A stretch of DNA of 64,000 bases from Neoechinorhynchus agilis (lineage: Eukaryota > Animalia > Acanthocephala), in the NCBI GenBank assembly GCA_051530055.1, contig CM121341.1, forward strand, positions 7,976,784-8,040,783, written 5' to 3'. Shown one piece after another: positions 34,660 through 46,306 of this stretch. The first letter of the stretch is position 1; every line of letters begins with the position of its first letter. Position numbers and translations under genes: made by a program. The notes under the pieces were generated by a model that searched no databases, was not told where the DNA came from, and worked only from the letters and a program-made list of their open reading frames with translations.

Positions 34660-34980
34660 GATTAAAAGTGTTTGTAGAGCATCAGTCCGGATCCTAAGAT
34701 ACCTCACGAAGAGGAAGTGGGATTCGTCAGTGAGTTTCGTATTCCCTTCAACGAGATATTTCGCCCGCTTTGGTTGTGAGTCATCGGCGATTGTGGATTT
34801 GAACGCTTTGATCACGGATCAAATGGTTCAAAATCCACAGTGGCCGATGACTCATAATGAAAAGGGACGAAATAAATCGTTGAAGGGAATAAAAAACTCA
34901 CTGATGAATCCCACTTCCTTTTGGGGAGGTATCTCAGGATCCGGAGGGATTCGTATAAACTCAGAATCGTGTTTTTTTTC
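34660..34980. mobile_element. Head-to-head palindromic dimer of the tRNA-headed hammerhead-like element
   Basis: Both arms are homologous to 17760-17900; centre hairpin tttgatc-acg-gatcaaa at 34807-34823. Confidence 0.85.
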
Positions 34981-35963
34981 GGGAATGATTGTGCTAAAAG
35001 GAAAAATCCGAATAGGCTATGTTCTAAGAACTTATTCAGATGACGTTCAATCCCTCAAAATCCGTCAATTGATTTTAATCAAGACTAAATTTAGTTTACG
35101 TGTTTGAGTCAAAGATACTCTTATTCGTGTTAGTTCGGACAATTGTGTCACGTTGTGAGTTGATAGCTAGACTACTAAGATAAGAAGTGTTCCTCTCTCG
35201 TCCATTTATCGATCTTTTAATATTGAATAAGCGGAAAAGGTCATTTTTCGTTTGAGCTTGTTTCCAAAAAAAATTTGTTATATACAACAACACAGATAAT
35301 GTAATCGTTACATTTAGCGCAAACTTTGTAGTTGTTTAAAATGTAATGTAATGAAAGCTTTTGTTTTTCTCAAACCCACATTATCTTTACGGAATGTAGA
35401 ACATAAAGATTACAGCAAAAAAATTAGCCGTCTCCATCAGCTTCTTTTTTTCCATCAATATTGTGGACAGTAGTCGAGAACGAAACTATACTCTACAACT
35501 TAAGCGAAGAAGTGTCTGAAAAGTATCAAATCGACTTACAGCCTGGTTGGGCTGCATCGTAACCTACCGGCGTTATTGTTACCTTCGCAGTAATTCACTC
35601 CGCCGATATGTGAATCTCCGACAAAACATTCGTAAAATCGTTGGATCGTGTCTATATACCACAACGGATAATAGAGCGCTTTTAGAGATCTTTAGCTTTT
35701 AAAAGCGGCATTGTAGTATGAATCAATATCCACTTTCTCACCATTAGCTAGTAATTTCTCATAGAATCGATGATAGAAACTTTTGGACCGTGAGTAGTGG
35801 TTTTTTCGGATGGAGAAAGTTCAAGCGAGTTTGATCAGTAGAGCTTAGCATAACGTCGAGTAATGATAGAAAGCTTCGAACATTATGCGCCTACGAGTGC
35901 TCACATGCCGACAATATGAATTCCTTCTGATTCGGTTTCCTCGGTATCTCAGTTTTTATTCAG

Positions 35964-37661
35964 ATGCCCAATAAACCACCATCTCCGACGATAGAAATAC
36001 CCGCAACTCCTAATGACCAAGCATTAAAAGAAGCCATTTTTGAACTACTGTCAACGCATTTCAAGAAATCACAACTCCATGCTGTTGAAATGCAACTGGC
36101 TCAATCGGACAATACTGACGCTGAACAACGGACAAGATTAATGGGCATTTCCAATTTTAGATATCCGTTTCGCAGGCGAAATGCCAATGCTCTCAACAAA
36201 CAAAACATAGATCCGAATGCATTGTTCCGTTCAAATCTAAACCAACATCCAATGTCAAATGTTTATCATCCCATAAGTGGAGCAACTTTAACAATTCCTC
36301 AGTTCTTCGAGAAACTATGCAACCGCTTATTGGTGGAGGTTCGTACCAAAGGGATTTTTCGTCTCGCTGGATCGACCGGCCGACAAAAGGCAATGATGGA
36401 AAATATCGCTCAACACAACTATTCCTTCGGAAGCTGTAGCAGTCTTGATCTGGCATCAATCGCAAAACGTTTTATAAGGAATATCCCTGGAGGATTGATC
36501 CCAAGCACCATTAGGATTTTAATGATGACTTGTGCTGATTTGAAAGCTGCGAAGAATGTGCCGCAAATACCTTTGTATGAACCAAAATTGGTTCCATCGG
36601 GTTCTGCGGATTTGACAACCAGAATATGGGAACCGCGTTTATTTAATTATCAACAACCAATGTTCGTTGAAGGAAGATCAACAATGGAGAGTCAGCTTTT
36701 GTTATTGTGCCTACTTATGCCGAAGTTGAATCGTGACTTGTTGATCTATTTATTAACGATTTTATTAGAGGTATCAAAAGCAAAGGAATGGAACGGAATG
36801 TCTTTCCCGAACATCATGATTATTTTTGGACCAACTATATTTAATCCTGAATGCTCGGCACCGATAGACGTCCGTAATTGTGTGGAAAAACAATCGCGAA
36901 TTTTGTCTGTGCTGTTTGCAAATATTGATAAAATAGGGAAAACTATACCGTCCCTTGAAGAAAAACTAAAGGAAATCAAACAACGTAAAGTGGATACCGA
37001 CCATAAGTCGTCTCGTGTGCTCCGTGCAATGATGTCGAACATCGCAAATGGTTTTAAAGGTTCGAGCCATCGTTCTCATTCCACAACCACACAGAAACGA
37101 ACGCCTTTTCATTTAAAATCCAAGAACGCTACTAACTCGTCCCAATGGTCAAGTCTAAGAATAAGAAAGGATTCAACTCCCTTTAAGGGCAAAAGAATGA
37201 ACGATGATGAATGCATTTCAATTCAAAAAGAAGGTACAAATGAAAACATATTGACATTGGGATGTTTTGTTGATCCTCGAATTGTGGATAATGAAAAAAG
37301 TAAATCAAAAGTACTTGTAAAAACACAAACAACCAAAACCACGACTGTTCGAATTCAAACTTCCATCATCGACGACAATTACCAAGAAGTTCCAACTGAA
37401 GGACAAATAGAACTCAGAAGTGATGGACCCTCGATATTAAGCCCAAACGGCAAATTACCTCGCCTTTCTCACAGGAGACGTCTTTTCGGATCGGCAATAT
37501 CTCGTCGAGGAACCGGCCGTCTATATACTACCCAATTTAATGAACTAAATGGTGAAAATAGAGATGGTCGTAGGTATGGCCGTTTAAGTACGATGAGGCA
37601 AGGACGCACAAGGTGGAGAATTTATAAAGGAACGCGCAGGATTGCGAACAGAATGAAATGA
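35964..37661 (+). CDS. RhoGAP-domain protein
   Basis: KGIFRLAGS (arginine finger), LASIAKRFIRNIP, NRDLLIYLL...NGMSFPNIMIIFGPTIF. A short upstream exon is possible because AG precedes the ATG. Confidence 0.9.
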   Translation: MPNKPPSPTIEIPATPNDQALKEAIFELLSTHFKKSQLHAVEMQLAQSDNTDAEQRTRLMGISNFRYPFRRRNANALNKQNIDPNALFRSNLNQHPMSNVYHPISGATLTIPQFFEKLCNRLLVEVRTKGIFRLAGSTGRQKAMMENIAQHNYSFGSCSSLDLASIAKRFIRNIPGGLIPSTIRILMMTCADLKAAKNVPQIPLYEPKLVPSGSADLTTRIWEPRLFNYQQPMFVEGRSTMESQLLLLCLLMPKLNRDLLIYLLTILLEVSKAKEWNGMSFPNIMIIFGPTIFNPECSAPIDVRNCVEKQSRILSVLFANIDKIGKTIPSLEEKLKEIKQRKVDTDHKSSRVLRAMMSNIANGFKGSSHRSHSTTTQKRTPFHLKSKNATNSSQWSSLRIRKDSTPFKGKRMNDDECISIQKEGTNENILTLGCFVDPRIVDNEKSKSKVLVKTQTTKTTTVRIQTSIIDDNYQEVPTEGQIELRSDGPSILSPNGKLPRLSHRRRLFGSAISRRGTGRLYTTQFNELNGENRDGRRYGRLSTMRQGRTRWRIYKGTRRIANRMK

Positions 37662-37769
37662 TCCATCAAAATACATTGTTAAAATGTAGCTAAGATTAAG
37701 GAAACATAGTGTTCAACCAGTCTTAAAAATAATTTGTGGTAAAACTTAATGAACACAATGGTTTGTCTG

Positions 37770-40700
37770 GAAAGAAAATGAGGTTCTGATTAGAGAAAAT
37801 AGCAAATTATTGCTTAAAAAATTAATTATGGATTAAAATGATTGTTATTCAATACACCAAGCTCTATCGCGTCTTGTAGAATCGAATTTATGTCGAAAAT
37901 TGGTATTAAAATCATATCAGTCAAAGTCACAGCGACTAGAAAAACTAACTTTTCCAATAATTCACTTTCAAACCCGTCGATAAAGTTCCTTTTTTATTAT
38001 TAGTTCAATCAATCACATAAGAAAATGAGGTTCTGATTAGAGAAAATAGCAAATTATTGCTTAAAAAATTAATTATGGATTAAAATGATTGTTATTCAAT
38101 ACACCAAGCTCTATCGCGTCTTGTAGAATCGAATTTATGTCGGAAATCGGTATTAAAATCATATCAGTCAAAGTCACAGCGACTAGAAAAACTAACTTTT
38201 CCAATAATTCACTTTCAAACCCGTCGGTAAAGTTCCTTTTTATTATTAGTTCAATCAATCACATAAGAAAATGAGGTTCTGATTAGAGAAAATAGCAAAT
38301 TATTGCTTAAAAAATTAATTATGGATTAAAATGATTGTTATTCAATACACCAAGCTCTATCGCGTCTTGTAGAATCGAATTTATGTCGGAAATCGGTATT
38401 AAAATCATATCAGTCAAAGTCACAGCGACTAGAAAAACTAACTTTTCCAATAATTCACTTTCAAACCCGTCGGTAAAGTTCCTTTTTTATTATTAGTTCA
38501 ATCAATCACATAAGAAAATGAGGTTCTGATTAGAGAAAATAGCAAATTATTGCTTAAAAAATTAATTATGGATTAAAATGATTGTTATTCAATACACCAA
38601 GCTCTATCGCGTCTTGTAGAATCGAATTTATGTCGGAAATCGGTATTAAAATCATATCAGTCAAAGTCACAGCGACTAGAAAAACTAACTTTTCCAATAA
38701 TTCACTTTCAAACCCGTCGGTAAAGTTCCTTTTTATTATTAGTTCAATCAATCACATAAGAAAATGAGGTTCTGATTAGAGAAAATAGCAAATTATTGCT
38801 TAAAAAATTAATTATGGATTAAAATGATTGTTATTCAATACACCAAGCTCTATCGCGTCTTGTAGAATCGAATTTATGTCGGAAATCGGTATTAAAATCA
38901 TATCAGTCAAAGTCACAGCGACTAGAAAAACTAACTTTTCCAATAATTCACTTTCAAACCCGTCGGTAAAGTTCCTTTTTTATTATTAGTTCAATCAATC
39001 ACATAAGAAAATGAGGTTCTGATTAGAGAAAATAGCAAATTATTGCTTAAAAAATTAATTATGGATTAAAATGATTGTTATTCAATACACCAAGCTCTAT
39101 CGCGTCTTGTAGAATCGAATTTATGTCGGAAATCGGTATTAAAATCATATCAGTCAAAGTCACAGCGACTAGAAAAACTAACTTTTCCAATAATTCACTT
39201 TCAAACCCGTCGGTAAAGTTCCTTTTTTATTATTAGTTCAATCAATCACATAAGAAAATGAGGTTCTGATTAGAGAAAATAGCAAATTATTGCTTAAAAA
39301 ATTAATTATGGATTAAAATGATTGTTATTCAATACACCAAGCTCTATCGCGTCTTGTAGAATCGAATTTATGTCGGAAATCGGTATTAAAATCATATCAG
39401 TCAAAGTCACAGCGACTAGAAAAACTAACTTTTCCAATAATTCACTTTCAAACCCGTCGGTAAAGTTCCTTTTTTATTACTAGTTCAATCAATCACATAA
39501 GAAAATGAGGTTCTGATTAGAGAAAATAGCAAATTATTGCTTAAAAAATTAATTATGGATTAAAATGATTGTTATTCAATACACCAAGCTCTATCGCGTC
39601 TTGTAGAATCGAATTTATGTCGGAAATCGGTATTAAAATCATATCAGTCAAAGTCACAGCGACTAGAAAAACTAACTTTTCCAATAATTCACTTTCAAAC
39701 CCGTCGATAAAGTTCTTTTTTATTATTAGTTCAATCAATCACATAAGAAAATGAGGTTCTGATTAGAGAAAATAGCAAATTATTGCTTAAAAAATTAATT
39801 ATGGATTAAAATGATTGTTATTCAATACACCAAGCTCTATCGCGTCTTGTAGAATCGAATTTATGTCGGAAATCGGTATTAAAATCATATCAGTCAAAGT
39901 CACAGCGACTAGAAAAACTAACTTTTCCAATAATTCACTTTCAAACCCGTCGGTAAAGTTCCTTTTTTATTATTAGTTCAATCAATCACATAAGAAAATG
40001 AGGTTCTGATTAGAGAAAATAGCAAATTATTGCTTAAAAAATTAATTATGGATTAAAATGATTGTTATTCAATACACCAAGCTCTATCGCGTCTTGTAGA
40101 ATCGAATTTATGTCGGAAATCGGTATTAAAATCATATCAGTCAAAGTCACAGCGACTAGAAAAACTAACTTTTCCAATAATTCACTTTCAAACCCGTCGG
40201 TAAAGTTCCTTTTTATTATTAGTTCAATCAATCACATAAGAAAATGAGGTTCTGATTAGAGAAAATAGCAAATTATTGCTTAAAAAATTAATTATGGATT
40301 AAAATGATTGTTATTCAATACACCAAGCTCTATCGCGTCTTGTAGAATCGAATTTATGTCGGAAATCGGTATTAAAATCATATCAGTCAAAGTCACAGCG
40401 ACTAGAAAAACTAACTTTTCCAATAATTCACTTTCAAACCCGTCGGTAAAGTTCCTTTTTTATTATTAGTTCAATCAATCACATAAGAAAATGAGGTTCT
40501 GATTAGAGAAAATAGCAAATTATTGCTTAAAAAATTAATTATGGATTAAAATGATTGTTATTCAATACACCAAGCTCTATCGCGTCTTGTAGAATCGAAT
40601 TTATGTCGGAAATCGGTATTAAAATCATATCAGTCAAAGTCACAGCGACTAGAAAAACTAACTTTTCCAATAATTCACTTTCAAACCCGTCGGTAAACCT

Positions 40701-40973
40701 TTTTTATTATTAGTTCAATCAATCACATAAGAAAATGAGGTTCTGATTAGAGAAAATAGCAAATTATTGCTTAAAAAATTAATTATGGATTAAAATGATT
40801 GTTATTCAATACACCAAGCTCTATCGCGTCTTGTAGAATCGAATTTATGTCGGAAATCGGTATTAAAATCATATCAGTCAAAGTCACAGCGACTAGAAAA
40901 ACTAACTTTTCCAATAATTCACTTTCAAACCCGTCGGTAAAGTTCCTTTTTTATTATTAGTTCAATCAATCAC
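37770..40973. repeat. Tandem array, 246-247-bp unit, 13 highly homogeneous copies
   Basis: aagaaaatgaggttctgattag recurs about every 246-247 bp. Confidence 0.97.
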
Positions 40974-41413
40974 ATTTTATATCACTTTTTATTGATTTAA
41001 AAAAGTATTCATAGTAAATTGATATGTGAGAGTAGGTATTAGTAGCCCAATAAATTATTTTTATTAAAGACGTTTCTAAATTCATCGAATCCCTTTTTTA
41101 ATAATTAACAAACTGATGATGAATACAACAAAAAAATTCTTTACCAAATAAATATTCATTCGAATCAATGTAATCGTGGAAATTATCGATCGATTGTAGA
41201 TATTAAGTTATAGGAAATTTAAGAATAATTTGGACACAATGCTGATTATCAAAGAAAGTTCGATACGTTAATATTAAACGTCTTAATTAATTAGCCAAAC
41301 ATAAACTGCCTCAGCGGTTTTCTTTACTATGATTGGATGTAATTTTATTACTACTAAATAAGTATGCAGTAAGTTCCGTGTATAGCTTTTACGTCTCAAA
41401 AATAATCCATCCA

Positions 41414-41839
41414 ATGTTTTCCATCGAACGTCTTTTGAGTGATGAAAAGAAATCGAGCGAAAAAGTATCCAATGAGCCAATTAAAAGCATTGATAGGTTG
41501 CAAGAGAATCGAAAACCGAAGAACAAAGAAAAGAAAGTTCGGAATAAATTAAATCATGAGCAAAAGCAAATCCTTATTATGTTGTACGGGATTAATAAAT
41601 ATCCAGATGAAAATTGTCTTAAAGGATACTCAACTGCGTTAAATTTAAGCATCAATGTTGTCAAAATATGGTTTCAAAATAGAAGAACGCGTGAGCGTAG
41701 GAGACTTGGATCATCATTTAAAAGACAAGATTTTGTACCAACACAGATAAATGCAAATCAAATTATGACATTTTCATTATTTCCCCATGCGTACAACGCA
41801 GTGTTGTATCCCGGAAACTATTGGTATTTTCCATTTTAA
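41414..41839 (+). CDS. Divergent Q50 homeodomain protein with an N-terminal eh1-like motif
   Basis: MFSIERLL (eh1); RNKLNHEQKQIL...F/YxxNKYP...LNLSINVVKIWFQNRRTRERR. Confidence 0.85.
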   Translation: MFSIERLLSDEKKSSEKVSNEPIKSIDRLQENRKPKNKEKKVRNKLNHEQKQILIMLYGINKYPDENCLKGYSTALNLSINVVKIWFQNRRTRERRRLGSSFKRQDFVPTQINANQIMTFSLFPHAYNAVLYPGNYWYFPF

Positions 41840-42054
41840 GTGTACCAGGAAAGCAAAATCACCTCAAGTCGTACTTTGGAGGACCCAAAAATATGGAGAT
41901 TTTGGAAGAAGCTTAATTTGAAATTGTAAAAAACTAATTAGAGTTTTCTCATTTCTACATAAACATTCGCAAAGTGAAGCCGTAAAAAAGCAAACAATAA
42001 AGTATCATAAATTGTTTTGATCATCACAGCGTGCGATTCGAGTAGGCTTATTAA

Positions 42055-42880
42055 AATATGTTTTTTGTAAAAGAAATATCGTTGTTGATATTATAATTTT
42101 TTTGAAGTTTAGAATTACTTTTTAAATATTCAAACGCTGGATTATGTTCACCGATATTCAATATCTATTCTCGATTTCGATTTATACGACTTCGATGTCG
42201 AGAAAAGACGAGTTCAAATCGTTTTCTCTCTAAGAATTATGTAATTAAAATCTTAGAGTTCTCTTTTTGCAAATATGTTTTTTGTAAAAGAAATATCGTT
42301 GTTGAAATTATAATTTTTTTGAAGTTTAGAATTAATTTTTAAATATTAAAACGCTGGATTATGTTCACCGGTATTCAATATCTATTCTCGATTTCGATTT
42401 ATACGACTTCGATGTCGAGAAAAGACGAGTTCAAATCGTTTTCTCTCTAAGAATTATGTAATTAAAATCTTAGAGTTCTCTTTTTGCAAATATGTTTTTT
42501 GTAAAAGAAATATCGTTGTTGAAATTATAATTTTTTTTGAAGTTTAGAATTAATTTTTAAATATTAAAACGCTGGATTATGTTCACCGGTATTCAATATC
42601 TATTCTCGATTTCGATTTATACGACTTCGATGTCGAGAAAAGACGAGTACAAATCGTTTTCTCTCTAAGAATTATGTAATTAAAATCTTAGAGTTCTCTT
42701 TTTGCAAATATGTTTTTTGTAAAAGAAATATCGTTGTTGAAATTATAATTTTTTTTGAAGTTTAAAATTAATTTTTAAATATTCAAACGCTGGATTATGT
42801 TCACCGGTATTCAATATCTATTCTCGATTTCGATTTATACGACTTCGATGTCGAGAAAAGACGAGTACAAATCGTTTTCT
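42055..42880. repeat. Tandem array, ~218-bp unit, ~3.8 copies
   Basis: aatatgttttttgtaaaagaaatatcg at ~42055, 42272, 42490, 42708. Confidence 0.95.
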
Positions 42881-43169
42881 TAGTTTGGTAAGTGTTGAAT
42901 GCGTTTATAGTTTACTTTTGTGTGTTTTCCAATTAAAGCAAAAGCGAATTCAAATCAATTTAAAAAACTATGGTCCTTGGGCGGCATAATAAACGTACAA
43001 AGAAACATAGAATCATTAAATGAATGGTCCAAAATCTCGATTTTGTTTATGTTATACAGAAAATTTATTCTGCCATAGCGTTTAAATCAATCACAAACAA
43101 ACTTATTTACCCTGCATAATTCAGCTTTGGCTCTTAGTTATTTGCTTTCAATGTCAACCCATGAATTGT

Positions 43170-45010
43170 TTCTGTCGGCCCAGTCGGGAGTGCTCGTCAA
43201 AGGATAAGGTAGATTTTTTAGGAGTATTAAGCAAGGAGGTTTGGAACTTTGGTCACTGTTCGGCCGGACAATCTCGTGGGAAACTAACAAGGACTACAAT
43301 CGTCCAGGAACTCCGGACGACATTGATATGTTTGTCGCTTTTGGACCGAGGCTAAATTTTGACCGAAGTGATAATTTATTCGTAGAGGATCGATTTTATG
43401 GGAAGTGTCCATTTATTTAGTAATGATTTTCGTGACTCCGAGATCGTCTATTCTACGGCTCGTGATTTCGTTTCTCCTTTTCCATATCGATTAAGAAATG
43501 GCTTTAATTGGCTCAATCGAAGGAATTTGCCCAAGGGAAAGGGAGTTTTTTAGGAGTATTAAGGAAGGAGCGTTGGAACTTTGGTCACTGTTCGGCCGGA
43601 CAATCTCGTGGGAAACTAACAAGGACTACAATCGTCCAGGAACTCCGGACGACATTGATATGTTTGTCGCTTTTGGACCGAGGCTAAATTTTGACCGAAG
43701 CGATAATTTATTCGTAGAGGATCGATTTTATGGGAAGTGTCCATTTATTTAGTAATGATTTTCGTGACTCCGAGATCGTCTATTCTACGGCTCGTGATTT
43801 CGTTTCTCCTTTTCCATATCCATTAAGAAATGGCTTTAATTGGCTCAATCGAAGGAATTTGCCCAAGGGAAAGGGAGTTTTTTAGGAGTATTAAGGAAGG
43901 AGCGTTGGAACTTTGGTCACTGTTCGGCCGGACAATCTCGTGGGAAACTAACAAGGACTACAATCGTCCAGGAACTCCGGACGACATTGATATGTTTGTC
44001 GCTTTTGGACCGAGGCTAAATTTTGACCGAAGCGATAATTTATTCGTAGAGGATCGATTTTATGGGAAGTGTCCATTTATTTAGTAATGATTTTCGTGAC
44101 TCCGAGATCGTCTATTCTACGGCTCGTGATTTCGTTTCTCCTTTTCCATATCCATTAAGAAATGGCTTTAATTGGCTCAATCGAAGGAATTTGCCCAAGG
44201 GAAAGGGAGTTTTTTAGGAGTATTAAGGAAGGAGCGTTGGAACTTTGGTCACTGTTCGGCCGGACAATCTCGTGGGAAACTAACAAGGACTACAATCGTC
44301 CAGGAACTCCGGACGACATTGATATGTTTGTCGCTTTTGGACCGAGGCTAAATTTTGACCGAAGCGATAATTTATTCGTAGAGGATCGATTTTATGGGAA
44401 GTGTCCATTTATTTAGTAATGATTTTCGTGACTCCGAGATCGTCTATTCTACGGCTCGTGATTTCGTTTCTCCTTTTCCATATCCATTAAGAAATGGCTT
44501 TAATTGGCTCAATCGAAGGAATTTGCCCAAGGGAAAGGGAGTTTTTTAGGAGTATTAAGGAAGGAGCGTTGGAACTTTGGTCACTGTTCGGCCGGACAAT
44601 CTCGTGGGAAACTAACAAGGACTACAATCGTCCAGGAACTCCGGACGACATTGATATGTTTGTCGCTTTTGGACCGAGGCTAAATTTTGACCGAAGCGAT
44701 AATTTTTCGTAGAGGATGATTTTTGGGGGTCCATTTATTTAGTAATGATTTTCGTGACTCCGAGATCGTCTATTCTACGGCTCGTGATTTCGTTTCTCCT
44801 TTTCCATATCCATTAAGAAATGGCTTTAATTGGCTCAATCGAAGGAATTTGCCCAAGGGAAAGGGAGTTTTTTAGGAGTATTAAGGAAGGAGCGTTGGAG
44901 CTTCGGTCACTGTTCGGCCGGACAATCTCGGGGGAAACTAACAAGGACGACAATCGTCCAGGAACTCCGGACGACATTGATATATTTGTCGCTTTTATAC
45001 CAAGGCTAAA
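43170..45010 (+). repeat. Tandem array, 332-bp unit, ~5.6 copies, each with an 84-codon ORF
   Basis: ATGs at 43498, 43830, 44162, 44494, 44820. Confidence 0.95.
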
Positions 45011-45311
45011 TTTTGCTGCCCATTAAAGCGCTTTGTCAGCCCAGACGTTCCATTGTTTCCAGGAATAATGGAGTTTACTCAGAGCCTCTAGGAAAGTGCT
45101 AATGTACTTTAATCGTTGCCCGAGCTGTTGTTTAACAAACAACAAGGACTTATTTTTTGGAAATGAAAAGGTAAATATCAGGTGATTTGACTCGAGGAAT
45201 TAGGTTGTGTCCATCAAGAGGTAAGTTTTATCGGACCAATCGAATGTATGCGTCCACGGGTTTGCGAGACTACACAACGGAATTGATAAACATTTTATTT
45301 AATTAGAGTTT

Positions 45312-45612
45312 ATTCATCGATCGCCGGATCAGAAACTTGAAAACGGAACTATAAAATAGATTGATTTCAAAGGAAACCTCTTAAAAAGAATCTTGATAAT
45401 GGGGAAATTTTAGTCGGCAGTCTTAGTGTTTCCTTTCTCCACGTTTTCCTTAATTCAAGGGCATGAATAATTTATTATGCTCAGTTTCTTATAATAAATT
45501 GAAAAAGTGCCCAAAACGATAGTGAACATTTTAATAGACCACTCAAAAAGTCCATGCACCAATTGAATTGTTAAATAATTAAAAGGATTTATTGGTTCCA
45601 ATATTTCGGAGG
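45312..45612 (+). repeat. 301-bp near-identical duplicate of 50857-51157
   Basis: Direct comparison; I noticed one substitution. Confidence 0.95.
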
Positions 45613-46306
45613 CACAATCTTCTGTCTGTTAATTTTTTGTTTCAGGAAACAGTATTTTCGGGGTTCTACGCATTAAAGTAGGATTTAATTTTTAAAATTC
45701 AACACAAAAATATTACGAGTTTGGCGATGGTTTTCCCCCGATTTATTGTTGGTGTTGATCATTTATTTTTAAATATTTCGTGAGCTTTTTGCTGAAAATC
45801 TGAGGGCAATGAACGATCGATTGTTGAACTGATCGTGTGACCAATCAGCCAATAGAAAGTATTTCTCTCTTTTTTAACCTGACAGAACAGGCGAATGATT
45901 CGATTGAAATTTTCTGTCAAGCTTTTTGTTTTGAAAAAGATTATTCTTCTCAGTAGCAAAAGCAAAACGAGAAAAATGAAACACAGGGGAAAGGATTCAC
46001 CAACGTACAATTAAATTTATCGCGAGGACAATGATAAATGACACTAAAAATTATTTAATTCCATTGTCGGTCAGATCAGCGTCAGAAAACCTCGATAATG
46101 GAACCACAAATAAAAAACGGCTTGAGAACTCGTAAACTTATGATTCTTTCTTTACCTTTCAAGACTTTATACAAACAATCAACCAGGAAATATATTCAAA
46201 AAGAATAAAACACTTGATATCTCGCTGAGTGGATTTTTTATTTTATGAGATTATTTAACTAACAGGTAAAGACGAAAGCCGACAATGCTGAAAAGAACGA
46301 CGCCAC

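Noticed and set aside
41113-41140. CTGATGA-T-GAAT...ATTC
   Set aside because: No GAAA follows the stem.
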